64,000 nt of DNA from Squalus acanthias. Its lineage: Eukaryota. The notes under the pieces are model-generated. The model ran no database searches. It worked only from the letters and a program-made list of their open reading frames with translations, and was not told where the DNA came from. How positions within the stretch are numbered: position 1 is the first letter of the stretch; every line of letters starts with the position of its first letter. The position numbers and the translations under genes were made by a program. Shown here piece by piece: positions 1 to 14,353 of this stretch. Location of the stretch: NCBI GenBank assembly GCA_030390025.1, contig CM059425.1:174594001-174658000 (forward strand), in the 5' to 3' direction.

Positions 1-360
1 CAAATTCTGAAAGGGCTTGACAGGGTTGATGCTGGGAGGATGTTTCCCCTGGCTGGGGAGTCTAGAACTTGGGGTCACAGTCTCAGAAGGGGTCAGCCAT
101 TTAGGACTGAGATGAGGAGAAATTTCTTCACTCAAAGGGTTGTGAATCTTTGGAATTCTCTACCCCAGTGGATGCTCAATCATTGATTATATTCAAGACA
201 GAGATCGATAGATTTTTGGACAGTAAGGGAATTAAAGGATATGGGGATAGTGCGGGAAGGTGGAGTTGAGCTAGATCAGCCACGATCTTATTGAATGGCA
301 GAGCAGGCTCGACGGGCCGAATGGCCTACTTATGCTCCTATTTCTTACATTCTTATGTTC
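1..360 (+). mobile_element. CR1 LINE 3' end fragment
   Basis: Homologous to the ORF2 C-terminus (RTRGHSLRI, RNFFTQRVV-type) and 3' tail of the other CR1 copies in this window. Confidence 0.9.
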
Positions 361-399
361 TTTAGTTGTTCTCTCATTTGCTTGAATGTGGCCCTTTTG

Positions 400-1560
400 A
401 AGTGATGTAACTGACTCCTGGTCTTAGGTAGCTCTGACTCCCAGATAATGTTGAACATGATCATTCTGTGGTCACCATGACTTCAATTTCCTGCAGTTAT
501 CTGGGACAAATACCAGGTCAAAATGAGCATCCCTCTTGTGACTTCCTTGATACACTGGGTCATGAAGCAGTTATGCATTGCATTTACCAGTTCTGAATCT
601 AAACCACTTGGGTTTTTCCCAGTTTATATTTAGTTCACTGAAACCTCCCATTAAAATACTTATCTGTTCTCACATCTTGCTTCATGCAAGCTTGGATTTT
701 TCCCTATGAGACATCTAACCAAAGTAATTTGTTTTGTAGTGTTCTCCCTCCCACAGAATCAACTTCATTTATCTCCCAGGTGTTCCTGGCATATAGGACA
801 ACACCACCTTCTTTTCTGTGCACCCTGTATTTTCTGAAAACTCTATACCACTGAATGTTAAGTTAATTCCCATCCTCTGGATTTAGGCATGTTTCAATTA
901 TTCCCACCACATCATAGTTCCCTACTGCCACACAACAGCCTCAAGTTGGTATCTCTGTCCATACTCACCTGTTAACTACTTTCTATCCTGCGATTCTTCT
1001 CATCTGGGATCCAGTTTCCACCCTGCCCACCCGCTCCACCTATCTATTTTGAATTATTCTTGATTGCTGCCTCAATGTTCTTCACATGTTTCTTCCTACC
1101 TACCTGGTTTAGGTGCCGCCTAAAATTTTTATTCTTAAAGTGTTCCCAGTTATTTATGAAGTTATTGTTCTTTTCGCACCCGGTTGCCAGCCACTGATTT
1201 ACATCCTCAATTTTCTTGGTGAAAGCTCCTTTCCCAAATACCAGAAGTATACTTGAAAATGTTACTCTGCATCCCCTATCTTTGAATTTTTAGGCAAAAA
1301 AATTTAACTTTTAAAGCCTTTACATTATTTCTCCCTTTGTCATTTAACCTTGAAAGAACTCTTGCCACTGCACCACTCACTGTCCCTTGCAGTAATCTTT
1401 CTAACCTTTCCTCAACATATACTGTTCTCACTCCAGATAGACAACTTACCTTCCTGTATGCATTGTCTTTACAACATGCATAGCTGTCCACTTTCCTGAA
1501 CAAGGAATCCTCTATGACTACAATTTCTCTGTGACTTGTAGACTGCATTTTAGTCCAAGC
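400..1560 (-). mobile_element. Old degenerate CR1 fragment (ORF1 esterase and endonuclease region)
   Basis: ORF 1276-1548 (IVVIEDSLFRKVD...VSCLSGVR) resembles the CR1 ORF1 SGNH block seen at 57089-57472; heavily decayed. Confidence 0.6.
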
Positions 1561-3709
1561 TGAACTCGGTTTCTCTAACTACCTCTTTAACAAATATAAT
1601 GACATTCATCATGTAGTAAAGTACCTCAAGCATAAGAATGGCAGGGAGGAGGCATTAAATTACAGCTCTATTGCATCAAATTCCCAGTCAATTAAAACAT
1701 TTCTTCCTAAAGGAGATATTGCACAGAATGTAACCACTGTACTGTCATGCTTACAATGTCTCAAATGGGTTAAGCAGGTAAGATAGTTATTGAGCAATGG
1801 TGTGAAATATTTTGTCTGATGGGACTTTGGGCTGACTTTGGTGAATGAATGGCCCATCAGAAGCTGTCAATAACTGTGCATTTAACCAGAATATTTAACA
1901 TGGCATTGATGGCAAAAGAATAGCATTTCAAATTTGTAGATTTAACATCGCTGTACTTTTAAGGGAATAGAAGTATGGAAAACAAAATCATATGAGAACA
2001 CGAAATAGAAGAGATAAAGAGGGAAATAAATAGAATAGAGCTCAACAATCTCTATTCCCACCCGTGCTTAATAGTTGATCATAATTGAGGTGGAGATGGA
2101 AGCACTAAGGGTAGGTATCCTGGTGGAAACTTGCTTTTTGTGTATAATACATCCAAAATTCAGTATTTTGTAAAAGCAACAGTTTTCATAAAGTATGGGC
2201 ACTTGCTGGAATTTTGAATGTGCCTCTGGTAACATTTAATCAAGCAGGAGCACAAGTTTGACGGTACAACCAGAAAACCAAAATAACAGTGAACCTAGAT
2301 GAATGGGCTGCTTCTCCTGGGTTCCTGATAAATATCAACAGTTGCATTGCCTTATGCTCACTTAGGACCACAAAATAAGTGTGGTTTATTCACATGTTTG
2401 CAATGCATTTCTAGACCTTTCTATAAAGAATCACCTCTTTATTGAAGGCATTTTAAAACAATAAACTCCATCAGCCCATTTACTGCATCATTTACTGTAT
2501 AAAACAAAATGATTTATTAATTTGCTAGGGTAATTTTTTGGCCTTAGCATCCCCAGGTTCGAGAGGGGGAAAACCTGCCAGGATTCCTACACCTGATTGC
2601 TATCTAGTAATTCCTGACGAAATGTTTGTAATTGGCTTGGCATCATCACAATTGAATAGCCTGCTGATATTTACTATCTCAGGTACCAAAGGACTGCCAG
2701 TATTGGTGGAACCAAACCCCAACATGAGTTAAAAAAACTGTAGGAGAAGACAAATAAAAGGAACAATATTACATTTAAAACATGGAACAGAATCAATTGA
2801 AACTGGCTGGCTGTCAGGTGAGGACAGAATTGAGCTTGGTATAATGCTTCTAGTGATTAAATGGCCTGTCAACACACACTGTCAAGACTCAAACATAAAT
2901 AATGGCCACTTGGGCAAGGTAACAGAGGGTACCTGGCTTTGTTGAACCGAGTCCCTGTAAGGAGTAAATTCCTTCACAAAGTAGTCGGGAAAACTGGTTA
3001 AGAAAATAAAAAGAACCAACAGAAATACAAGACAAATTAGCAAAAGTAAAAAGGAACCAAGTTATGAAAAATAATGACGGTAAAATATGGCAATTAAATA
3101 AGAGCACCAAACTAAGATCGGGAATGAATAAGAAATAACAACAATAAATAAGGATTAAGAGGAGAGAAACAGAGAATTGAAAAATCAAATATTCAACAAA
3201 GCAGCCTTCTCTAAGCCACGAGAGATCCCAGGATGAAGTCACAATTTTGTTTTATTGTTTGGTGGAGGCAGCCTTTCAATCAGAGGAGCACGATTAAATT
3301 ACTCCCATGCTCAAAGCTCATTACAGTAGGTGATTCACTGCTTGGACTTTGAGCAATCATGAGGACTTCCCTGGCTTTTTTAAGAAAGCTCCTTTTGTGG
3401 GTTGAACATTCACAGATTTGACTGCTCCCACAAATTCCACAACGCCTTCCTCATAATCCCTGACTTTCAGCAACCATTATAGGTGGAGGACAGCAGCATA
3501 ACTATTAACATGAACTGCATACCCTTTCAGTTAAATAATAACCACAATTTAATACAAGTATGATTGAATGATTTGTTTATTAATGTTATATGCAAAACCA
3601 AAATCTTTAAAGATTTTCTACTTTTCCCATGGCCACAGGTAGCTTACTTAATTAATTATATTTATGATTAAAGCTTTTCAAAGAACCAGTATTACCAGGA
3701 AGTGACCTG

Positions 3710-3925
3710 TCAGCGAGCTGTTAGGATCTGGAATGCACTGCCTGAAAGGGTGGTGGAAGCAGATTCAATAGTAACTTTCAAAAGGGATTTGAATATATAC
3801 TTGAAAAGGAAAAATTTGCAGGGCTATGGCGAAAGAGCAGGGCAATGGGATTAATTGGTAGCTCTTTCAAAGAGCCACCACAAGCACGATGAGCAGAATA
3901 GTCTCCTTCCTGCATGATTCTACTT
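3710..3925 (+). mobile_element. CR1 3' end fragment
   Basis: tggaatgcactgcctgaaagggtggtggaagcagattcaatag block shared with 14128-14310. Confidence 0.85.
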
Positions 3926-4016
3926 AATCTGGTATCGCACATGTATAATCGTGAATAGTCATATCTGCAATTGGCAATATAAGAATAGTTGATTTACCTC
4001 AATAGTTAAACGTACC

Positions 4017-5117
4017 ATGGATTATAATGAGGCTGGCGGCCTCAGATTTAACCAGCATTTCAAATTTAACTGTGGCTGGTCGGGTTTCTCAAGCCTCGGA
4101 GAATCTGCCAGATGAAGTAAGGCGAGGACTGCTGGATCCAGGAGGTAAATGACTTTACACTTAGCTCCTGTATCCAGCGTTCCTGCATCATCCACCCCCC
4201 GCGATCGGAGACCACCCCACAAGGCCGATTTCCCATCCCCCCCCACAAGGCCGATTTCCCATCCCCCCCCCCGAAGCCGCTGATCCCCCCCACCCCCAAT
4301 GAAGCCTCCGATTACGCTCCTCCCCAAGGCCGATACCCCTCCACCCCCAGGCCACCGATTCCCCCCTCCCCCGCCCACCGCCCCCACCCCAAGGATACTC
4401 AGGCTGGCCCTGATGCTTCCCACTTTTCCACCGATGATCCTCAAGCCAGCGCCGTTCCTCTCTGCCCCTGACCGGTGATCCTCCGGCCAGCCCCGATGCT
4501 TCCCACCCCCCCCACGGATGATCCTCAGGCCAGCCCGTTCTTCTCTCTCCCCCACACCGAAGATCTGGCTCCATTCCTCTCACCCCGCCCCACCCCACTG
4601 ATGATCCGGCCCTATTCCTCTCACCCCCCCCCCCCCCGCCCACCAATGATCCGGCCCCGATCCTCCCTCCTCCCCTCCCCCCCACCCGGTACTCCAGCCC
4701 CAATCCTTACTTCGCTTCCCCCATCCCCACACCCACCAATGCTCCGGCCTTGATCCATGCTTCCCTCACCCCCACCACCACGCCGATCCTCCAGCCCTGA
4801 TGCTTCCCTCTCCCCTAATGCTCCGGCCCAATGCTTCCCTCCGTCCCCCCTGATCCATTCTTCCCCACCTGCTCCCACCGATCCTCCTCCGGCCCCCCAC
4901 CACCTCCCAGCCCCCATCCAATCCCACCCTCCCTCCTCTCTGCGGCCTGGTGCCACAGGCCTACCCGCCCTCAGCCAGCCTCTCCATCTGTCTGGCTGCA
5001 GGTGGCAAACAGACCATCGAAATGCTAATTCGACAGGGCCTGCGGGGCAACCAGTTCTCCAGTGTTTCCTTCCTAGCCCCCCCACCACTCCCAACCCACC
5101 TCCCAATTAAAATTCCG
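4017..5117. mobile_element. Probable non-autonomous DNA element with C-rich internal degenerate tandem repeats
   Basis: Imperfect inverted ends (ggattataat...attaaaattccg) around a GC-rich interior of ccgat/ctgat + poly-C units (4195-4990). Confidence 0.5.
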
Positions 5118-6159
5118 TTCTTAATGTTTGTTTCTTATTCTCTCATTCCCCTTGACCACTCTCCAAGTTCTGCTAATCAGTAGTTACAGTGAAACTTCCT
5201 CCCCCCTCTATATCTAGCTTAAAAGAGCCTTCATTCCTTACTCTAAATTATTAGTTAATTTCTTGGCCTTGAAAATCCACAGGGTGGAAACCCAGCATAA
5301 GTGTTGAAATGTGCATGCCGGGAACCTCTGGTGCTGACCCCACCAGAGTAATCCGGCGAGGGGGGGAGTGGGGGAGGGGGGGAGATTCCCTGATTAAAAT
5401 ATCAATGCTAAGCACCTGTGACACTAGAAGCGCATCTTGGGTGGCACCAGTTAGCAGAGGCCAGGAATCCCAGCACAGGCTTTACACACCCTGGGGAGAT
5501 GTTGCCACCCTCCCAGAAACATTCCATCGGCCCCATTATAAGAGGGCTGAAAAATAATTCTGAAATTGTTCTGCTCTCTTGAAGGTTTCAGGCCACAATC
5601 CAGCACCCCAAGATGGACACCAATTGTATTGGCTGGAGGTTGGAGGGGGCGGGGAGTAATAGAAGGGGGGCGCAATATGCCTCGTTTCACTCGGCATACT
5701 GCCGCCCAGCAGATTCTTAGGCCAATATGGAGGAAAACACCCCCCCCCCACAGGTCTGGAAGCCTCTTTCCCCCAATCACACCCCCAAATTATTTCAAGT
5801 TACCCCTTTGCTCCGAGTAGTTTCTTACTGCCCTTCCTAACTGTAACCCACTCACCATCCCTTTATCTGCAGTTTCCTAACAAGTTCCTTTCCTCGATGC
5901 TGAGCTATTCCTCTGTCGGGAGTCGGATATCGGCTGACAACTCTGTTACCCTCCTCTTCATCTCTATAACTGGCAAACAATAGCCTATCTGAATTCCTCT
6001 GGTGCAATTATTAAACAGGTAAAAACACACAATTCCCACTGCTCTTAATTAATTACCTTTTCCACTCGACATGGCGTAAAACTGACAGTACTTTGCACTA
6101 AACTTTGTCATTTTTAGAATTTTCTACTAAAATGTAAATTACATACTACATCACACAAC

Positions 6160-6900
6160 GTAATCACAGATGAAGGCCGGCCATTCGGCCCAGTTGATTC
6201 ATCCAAGGAGATCCCAATTCCTTCTCCCAGTATGGAATGCAACTGTTTCTTAAATAATTCCAGGGCTTTTTCCTTCACTAGGAGAAGTTTATTCCACACA
6301 TTGATCACTCTTTGTATGAAGAGGAATTTCCTATCACGAGTCCTAAATTACCTTTTGCTAGTTTGTCCTCATATCTCCTTGTTCTACTTCCACAGTTTAA
6401 TTTAAAGTAATATTCCAGGCTAAATTTTTCCATACCCTTAACAATCTTTTATATCTTATAAGATCCTTCTAAGATGCCTCCTTTTTAGGCTGAAAAGCCA
6501 AAGTTTCTCCAGAGTTTCCTCGTAACAGCCCCCTGACAATGGGGATCAGCCTTGTGGCTATTCTCTGCGCTGCCTCCAGCACTGCAATGTCTCCCCTATT
6601 TTTTTGACGACCAGAACTGGACGCACTATTCAAGCTGCGGTCTAACCAGAGCACTATTAAGTTTGATAATGACTTCCTGTGATTTATACTCTACTGTTTT
6701 GGCTATGTAATTCAACATCACTTGTTGACTGCTGTTCCACATTATGTTAAATATCTAACTCTGAGCTGCCTTCTCCGATTCCACTGCTCCTCATAGTTTG
6801 GTAGCAGCTGTAAATTTGACCACTTTGGCTGGAGTTTTTGTAAATTAGAAACGGTAGTAGTCCCAGCAGTGATCCCTAAAGCACCCTATGCAGTACTTCC
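6160..6900 (-). mobile_element. Degenerate CR1 3' fragment
   Basis: Reverse strand reads ALVRP-like ctctggttagaccgcagcttgaatag and LEAAQRIATRLIP. Confidence 0.75.
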
Positions 6901-7027
6901 AGTATATTCTGTTAAAATTACAGTATTTTCTGCTCTAAAATATATTTTGAAAATTAACTTTCTGAAATATTTTTGTTAACCAGCCTTAAACAATTTAATC
7001 GAAACTTGTATATAAAATAAAACTTAC

Positions 7028-7137
7028 TCTGAACCTTGAAATATCCTTTAACCAGCTTTGGGCTACATTGTCCTCCTTGGCCGGCTTACTGCTGAATAAG
7101 TGCCAGAACTGCACTCCTACCTGCCAGTGTTACACCA
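7028..7137 (-). other. Candidate exon of the minus-strand host gene (probably non-coding)
   Basis: tctctttttgtag| acceptor and |gtaagt donor bound 110 nt of non-repeat sequence; stops in all three frames from that acceptor. Confidence 0.5.
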
Positions 7138-7674
7138 CTACAAAAAGAGACCAATTTTCCTCATTGCACCTTCATTACATATTTATTTCGGATTCCCGGC
7201 TTTATCATCCGTTATTGGGATTTCGCCTCTGGGTTTGATGGGGGGAGGGGGAGGAGAGATAATTTAGTGCTTCTACAGCAGCTGAAAGGGACAAGATGGC
7301 CACTTTTGCGTCTGCAACAATTCTGCAATTGTTCTTCAGGGCGCTAAGTCCATAAATTTGAAGATTTTTCAGTTGAGGTGTAATTGTCTGTTACCCAGCA
7401 AAGGAACACCTACCTTTTTAGCTCCAAAGGAAGTGAGGCCATGAAGATCATAATCCAAACAAATGGAAGGCGGCGGCACATTGCAGTTAATGCCACATCT
7501 AGCAACCCCCATACAGAATTCAATGCTGGAAGAAGTTAACTGACCTCTTCAGCACAGCCAAGGTAACAGGAGGCAGTCGTATCTTGTAGCAATGCACTGC
7601 AACAGCATGCTTTCCAGTTGCAGTCAACTTGCCCTCACTGCACCGAACTCCAATTACAATTTACTCCCTAAGAG

Positions 7675-8295
7675 ATTTGAATTTGAGTACAGGAGCAAGG
7701 ATGTCTTACTACAGTTATACAGGGCCTTGGTGAGACCACACCTGGAGTACTGTGTGCAGTTTTGGTCTCCTTACCTAAGAAAGGATATACTTGCCATAGA
7801 GGGAGTGCAGCGAAGGTTCACCAGACTGATTCCTGGGATGGCAGGACTGTCATATGAAGAGAGATTGGGTCGACTAGGCCTGTATTCACTAGAGTTTAGA
7901 AGAATGAGAGGGGATCTCATTGAAACGTATAAAATTCTGACAGGGCTAGACAGACTGGATGCAGGAAGGATGTTTCCCATGGCTGGGGGGTTTAGAACGA
8001 GGGGTCACAGTCTCAGGATACGGGGTAGGATATTTAGGACTGAGATGAGGAGAAATTTCTTCACTCAGAAGGTGGTGAACCTGTGGAATTCTCTACCACA
8101 GAAGGCTGTGGAGGCCAAGTCACTGAATATATTTTAAGAAGGAGATAGATAGATTTCTAGACACAAAAGGCATCAAGGGGTATGAGGAGAGAGCGGGAAT
8201 ATGGTATTGAGATAGAGGATCAGCCATGATCATATTGAATGGCAGAGCAGGCTCAAAGCGCCGAATAGCCTATTCCTGCTCCTATTTTTCTATGA
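7675..8295 (+). mobile_element. Young CR1 3' fragment
   Basis: Open frame [18 protein letters not shown]...RTRGHSLRI plus CR1 3' UTR. Confidence 0.95.
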
Positions 8296-10701
8296 GCAGG
8301 AGGTATCACAGTGCCTTTCACACTCCCTTTCTTCTCTTGCAAGTGTTCTTTTACTCACAACTAAATACGTAGGAAAGCAGTGGAAGACTCACATAATATG
8401 TATCTTGCAGTAACATCAATTCTGGCAATTTAATCGCAAGACACACAATTTTTAAATGAAAATTCTCCCCAACTCGCAATCTCACGATTTACCTCTGATA
8501 AACTGTGAATTTTTTCCGGCTGTACGAATCTTCGTCACTGCCTCCAGTGATTTTCTGCTGGAGACACGTGGGTTGGGTCAGAGGTTCTCAACAATGAGTG
8601 GGTGGGGGGTCCAGGATCACTGCGCGATCAAAGGCTGCTGCGGACCATGAACATTTAAATAGGTACAGTACCGACCACAGAGTTAGATCGCAGACCCCAT
8701 TTAATGTTGCCGTGTACCTCGAAAGTCGACTCCATTTTTTTCGGCTGCGATCGCTTTTCTTGTGCCTAGCTGCAGTCCAAAAGAGCAACGAGCCATGCCG
8801 AACTTCCTGCGTTGTGTGATATTTTATTTGAGTCTAATCGCTGGGCTCTGGGGTGTTTGTGAGTTTCAGACTGTGTGTGAAGTACTTCGCACACCAGGGG
8901 TTACAGTCTATCCCTTTCATCTCGGTCTTCAGATCACATGACATCATCTAAAACTTCAGACTGCAAGGGATTGGTTAGGAATGAGACATCCTGGGGAAGT
9001 TGGTAGGCGTATAGAACAAAACTTTAATCCTTCTTCAGACTGGGTTTGCACACATGCCAGCTTAAATTGAGTGTGTAATCCTGACGAGCACTGGACAAAG
9101 ATACATGCATCCACAGCTAGGATGCAATATCTTGTTTATTCTCAATACATGCATCTTTGAAAATTTTGTTGAATCAATATGAACGCATGGATGCACTTAT
9201 TTATAACTACAGTAACAACTGCAAGATTCTTATTATTGAAACTGCATTGCATGGAATATCACCCTCTGTAATGAGTCAGAATACATACAAAGTTGTATAC
9301 AACCACACAAAGCTGTATACAAAGAACAATCTATATGCGACTGCTTACAAAATGGCCAAAAATTGAGATGGTAACAATTTTCATGCATTTTGACATTGGC
9401 AGGGTTTTTTATATGGGATTTGGGCTTTGCTATTTTACTCAGCCAGCTTTTACCCGCTTCCCCTGTTCAGTAGGTGTAATGAATCCCCAATGCAGTCAAT
9501 GGAACTGAATATCAAGCGCTGAATAGAACAGGCGGCCGATCCGATACTGCCAGAGACAAATTTCTAGACCAGACTGTGATTGAAGGGTCTAGATTAGAAT
9601 GACATACTGTTGCTGAAAGAGTAACGGTCAAATGCAGCGTGAGGCAGACCTGGGTGGGGGGGGACACCAATCCACCTACTCCTGCTCCTAGCTCCTATTT
9701 CTTATGTTCTTATGTCAGTAATTGGTTGTCTTGGAGCAAAGGTCGCGGTATGTGCTTCCTGTCCAGGAGCAAAGGTCAGCGAGGGATCGGGTTGTTAAAA
9801 AATAGCATCTCATGATTTCTATACCAAATTTCATGATTTTTAAAGAGTTTGTCACCTGATTTATGAGATGGTGGGGTTGGCAATACTGATCTTGATTCCA
9901 GCACCATTTCTCAGTCCCATTAAGGAATGCTTTCTGACACCTGGGTTGCATTCTATATGATGGCATGCAGAATGCCTTCACACTTTCTACTTTCTTCTTA
10001 AAAAGTAGATTCATCACAACCAAAGATAGGAAAATATCACCTCAATCCCCCACAGCTCCACCTGGAAAGCATCATCTTGCCACCTCAAAAATCTCCTGCC
10101 ACTGCAGAAAGAGGATATTAGAATAATGGCACACAATAGCAGGCAAAAAGGGGAAGCACAATGGTCATCAGTCATCGGAAGGTACACAGATTTATTTTCA
10201 TTGAGATGCTTTTGTCACTGCGAGATTATGTGCTGAATTATTAAGACAAGGTGAGTGAATGTGTGCAAGTAGCATAATGTTTACCAAATGGGAAGCTCAG
10301 TAGTTGAGAGTTACATATCAGCTAGGCCAACCATCAGGCAGGGTGGGCAAGCAGTGGGCAGTGCAGTCTGCCCCCATCAGGGGCAGTGACAAATTGTGTC
10401 AGAGATTCAGTAGTCAGACTCCCCACCCCAACGTCCTTCATTCATCACTCCAGGACTGCCCAAAAACAGCCAGGATTTAGGAGGCAGATAATAGCCCGAC
10501 TTATTATATCATTGTATAATTATCCTATGATCTGTAATATTGACTGAAACTGAAAAAAATTCCATATCCAATTTGCAGTGTCTTGTAAAAAAAATACTGC
10601 CTATTCTGGCCAAAAACACTGCTCAGTTCCACCACACCACAGAATGCTGCTCAACCAATTTCCCTCCTCCCCAACTCTAAAAATAACCTTTACAATATTT
10701 G

Positions 10702-11538
10702 AAATGCAACAAGACCTGGATGACGTTCAGGCTTGGGCTGATAAGTGGCAGGTAACATTCGCGCCACACAAGTGCCAGGCAATGACTATCTCCAACAAGC
10801 GAGAGTCTAACCACCTCCCCTTGACATGCAACGGTATTACCATCGCCAAATCCCTCACTATCAACATCCTGGGGGTCACCATTGACCAGAAACTTAACTG
10901 GACCAGCCACATAAATACTGTGGCAACAAGAGCAGGTCAGAGGCTGGGTATTCTGCAGCGAGTGTCTCACCTCCTGACTCCCCAAAGCCTTTCCACCATC
11001 TACAAGGCACAAGTCAGGAGTGTGATGGAATACTCTCCACCTGCCTGGATGAGTGCAGCTCCAACACTCAAGAAGCTCGACACCATCCAGGACAAAGCAG
11101 CCCACTGATTGGCACCCCATCCACCACCTTAAACATTCATTCCCTCCACCACCGGCGTACCGTGGCTGCAGTGTGTACCATCTACAAGATGCACTGCAGC
11201 AACTCGCCAAGGCTTCTTCGGCAGCACCTCCCAAACCCGCGACCTCTTCCACCTAGAAGGACAAGGGCAGCAGGCGCATGGGAACACCACCACCTCCAAG
11301 TTCCCCTCCAAGTCACACACCATCCTGACTTGGAAGTATATCGCCGTTCCTTCATCGTCGCTGGGTCAAAATCCTGGAACTCCCTCCCTAACAGCACTGT
11401 GGGAGTACCTCCACCACACGGAATGCAGTGGTTCAAGGCGGCGGCTCACCACCACCTTCTCGAGGGCAATTAGGGATGGGCAATAAATGCTGGCCCTGCC
11501 AGCGACGCCCACATCCCAGGAACGAATAAAAAAAAAAG
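10702..11538 (+). mobile_element. Second non-LTR family (CR1/L2-group) 3' fragment with A tail
   Basis: RT C-terminal segment QQDLDDVQAWADKWQVTF...WNSLP ending gaataaaaaaaaaa; same family at 44.8, 45.8, 52.1 and 54.9 kb. Confidence 0.9.
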
Positions 11539-13589
11539 CTCTATATCAAACTTAAACAACTTTAAAATAGTTTGTAATTCTTTATATTTATCCTGAAATG
11601 TCAACTGCTGATGCTCCTACTGAGTAAAGAACCACTGTCATCTCAACTGGACTGGTCTACTGAAAACCTGGCACTGACCTAACTTCATTGAACCAATCAA
11701 AACTAACACTTTAGATACCCATCACAAAGATAGAAACACTGAATTAATTTGAAAGATGAGCCTACATTCAACCACAGTCAAAAACATTTGAGCCTAGCAG
11801 AGGGGTGGACAGGAGGGAGCAGCATAGCTGCCTTAGAGACTACACCTAGAAAGGCAGTAGCAGGTTCGGTTAGCAGTTTAGCAACCAATTCCCGACATGG
11901 AGAGCTGGCGGAGAGTCAGAGATTAGATGCTTGGTTTTCTGTCTAGCTACATTACAAGCTCAGTCTCCAGAGATTTCAGGAGGAAAAGCTACAGAGGGAG
12001 ACACCTCCGTTCACAAGATTAGAGCCAACTAGCTTCAGAGATTTACTAGTCTGCAAAGTGAAGTTAGCCCACTGAGAGGAGTAGAGTGCACTTAGCCTTG
12101 TCTCGTTAGAGTGCTGATCAGTCCTCCTTTCAGGAGGTAGGAAAAAAGTATGTAGAGGCATGTGTCAGATTACAGTATCCACTACACACAAGGAATTTCA
12201 TTATTATGGCCCCGGGGTCACCTTATCGTATGACTAGATATTAGGCAGCCTGATCGTCAAGGTAGTGGGGTCTGCTTATGGGGGAGACCACTGATGCTGA
12301 ATCAAAGAGAAAATCTAGTACAGGCCCAAAATCTTTAACACCCTTCCTAAATCAGGGGTGCTGAAGCTAATTGCATGCTTTTACCCAAAGTTATAATTAA
12401 TCACAGCACAAACTAGGGGTGAAAGCTGGAATATTCCTTGTCTGTAGACTCCAGCTATTCACCATTAACCAGCTGCACTATTGAAGAAATATGAATAAGA
12501 TCCTGAACTGAAAACAAGTTAAATGTGATACTACAATTGAACAAATGGCTGTCCTGTACTGATGTACATTAAGGCAAACAAAAGAAACCCCTTCAGTAAA
12601 ACTAAAAATGCAAAGTAAATAAGAAAAAAGTTGTAATAAATTTTCATAATACATTTTAGAGTGCATTCATAGTCAGGAGGCATGTGAAACACCCATCTGT
12701 TCCCATATCATTAAAAATAAACAAAAACAACCTGATCTTTCCAAATGCCTTTTTTTTTTGCAGGCACAGTCCTGCTGGAGATTGGTGAAGCAAGGGAACA
12801 TGCTCAATCTAACAGCACTACTGCAAAAAATAGAAGATGACGGGAAGAAGTCATAAATGTTTAGAATAAAAAGGCCAATATGAATGCTGGCAAAACAAAG
12901 GACAGAGAAGGACTTGTTTGCTGTCGGTCTCAGAAACAAGATAGTATTTCCCATAAAACCTGAAAATTGTCTGTGTCACGATGGAAGGTAATCGAGCATC
13001 CAACAAGATAACCATCTGCAACGTCATCTTTAATTCTTAAAGCATGAGGGAAAAAATAATCTTTGTTCTATAGGGGATTGTGCTCACATTGCATTCTAAA
13101 TCACAATTAATCTTTCAAGTTAGAGGCAGGTGTTTCCTCTCATCAGATGTAAGTGATGCTGAAACAGCCTCTGGTACCAAAAAAACAACAACTCTAGAAA
13201 TGTGAAAGATAACTGTTATACCATATCAAATTACTGTGTTAATATGTTGTAACAGTATGTCTTTGTTTCATGCATTTTGCACTGTCAAAGCTGAAATACA
13301 GACTTACAGGGTCCTTATACATTTCATTATGCTCTCATCCTCATGCACATAGGCAGTTGTAAAACACTTCTTGGTTTCAGTCAATGTTTAATGCATTCCG
13401 GAGTACTAGTTACTTTTCCATTACAGCATTAATGTCACAACAAAGCAGCAAGTATCGGGTGTCCAAGCATCCCCAATTCAACCCACAGATCTAGATATGC
13501 AATATTCCCTTCAGTTGAGTCACACCTTTTAAAGTCCAGGAGTTCTCTTCTTCACAAAACTCAGTTTTGCTGAAAGTGAAAAACCACAC

Positions 13590-14310
13590 TATGTATCATT
13601 TAAATGGTACAATTTTAAAGGGGGTGCAGGAACAGAGAGACCTGAGGGTTCGCTGACACAAATCTTTGAAGGCGGCAGGATAAGTTGCTAAAGCTGTTAA
13701 AAAAGCATACGGGATCTATACAGATAAATAGAAGCATAGAGTACAAAAGCAAGAAAGTTATTCTAAATGTTTATTAATCTCTGGTTAGGCCTCAGCTGGA
13801 ATATTGTGTCCAATTCTGGGCACCACACTTTAAGAAAGATGTCAAGGCCTTTGAAAGGGTGCAGAGGAGATTTATTAGAATGATACCAGGGATGAGGGAC
13901 TTCAGTTATGTGGAGAGACGAGAGAAGCTGAGATTGTTCTCCTTAGAACAGAGAAGGTTAAGGGGAGATTTAATAGAGGTATTCAAAATAATGAAGGGTT
14001 TTCGTAGAGGAGAAACTGTTTCCACTGGCAGAGGGTCAGTAACCAGAGGGCACAGATTTATGATAATTGGCAAATGAACCAAAGCAGAGATGAGGAGAAT
14101 TTTTTTTTAATGCAGCGAGTTGTTACAATCTGGAATACACTGCCTGAAAGGGTGGTAGAAGCAGATTCAATAGTAACTTTCAAAAGGTAATATATACTTG
14201 AAGGGAAAAAAATGCAGGGTATGGGGGAAGAGCAGGGGAGTGAGACTAATTGGAGCGGGCACAGGCACGAAGGGCCAAATGGCCTCCTTCTGTACTGTAT
14301 GATTCTATGA
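13590..14310 (+). mobile_element. CR1 3' fragment
   Basis: QRRFIRMIPGMR...LFSLEQRRLRGDLIEVFKIMKG; tail gattctatga. Confidence 0.9.
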
Positions 14311-14353
14311 AAGAGCAGCACTTTCTCTGCAGAGCTAAAAACCTAGACACCTT

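Noticed and set aside
4022..5183. Gly- and Pro-rich ORFs
   Set aside because: Low-complexity C/G-run artefacts.
11749..12160. Possible decayed coding sequence
   Set aside because: Short frames with stops and no recognisable motif.
12764..12856. Plus-strand terminal exon after ttttgcag
   Set aside because: Acceptor only; no recognisable protein or partner exon.
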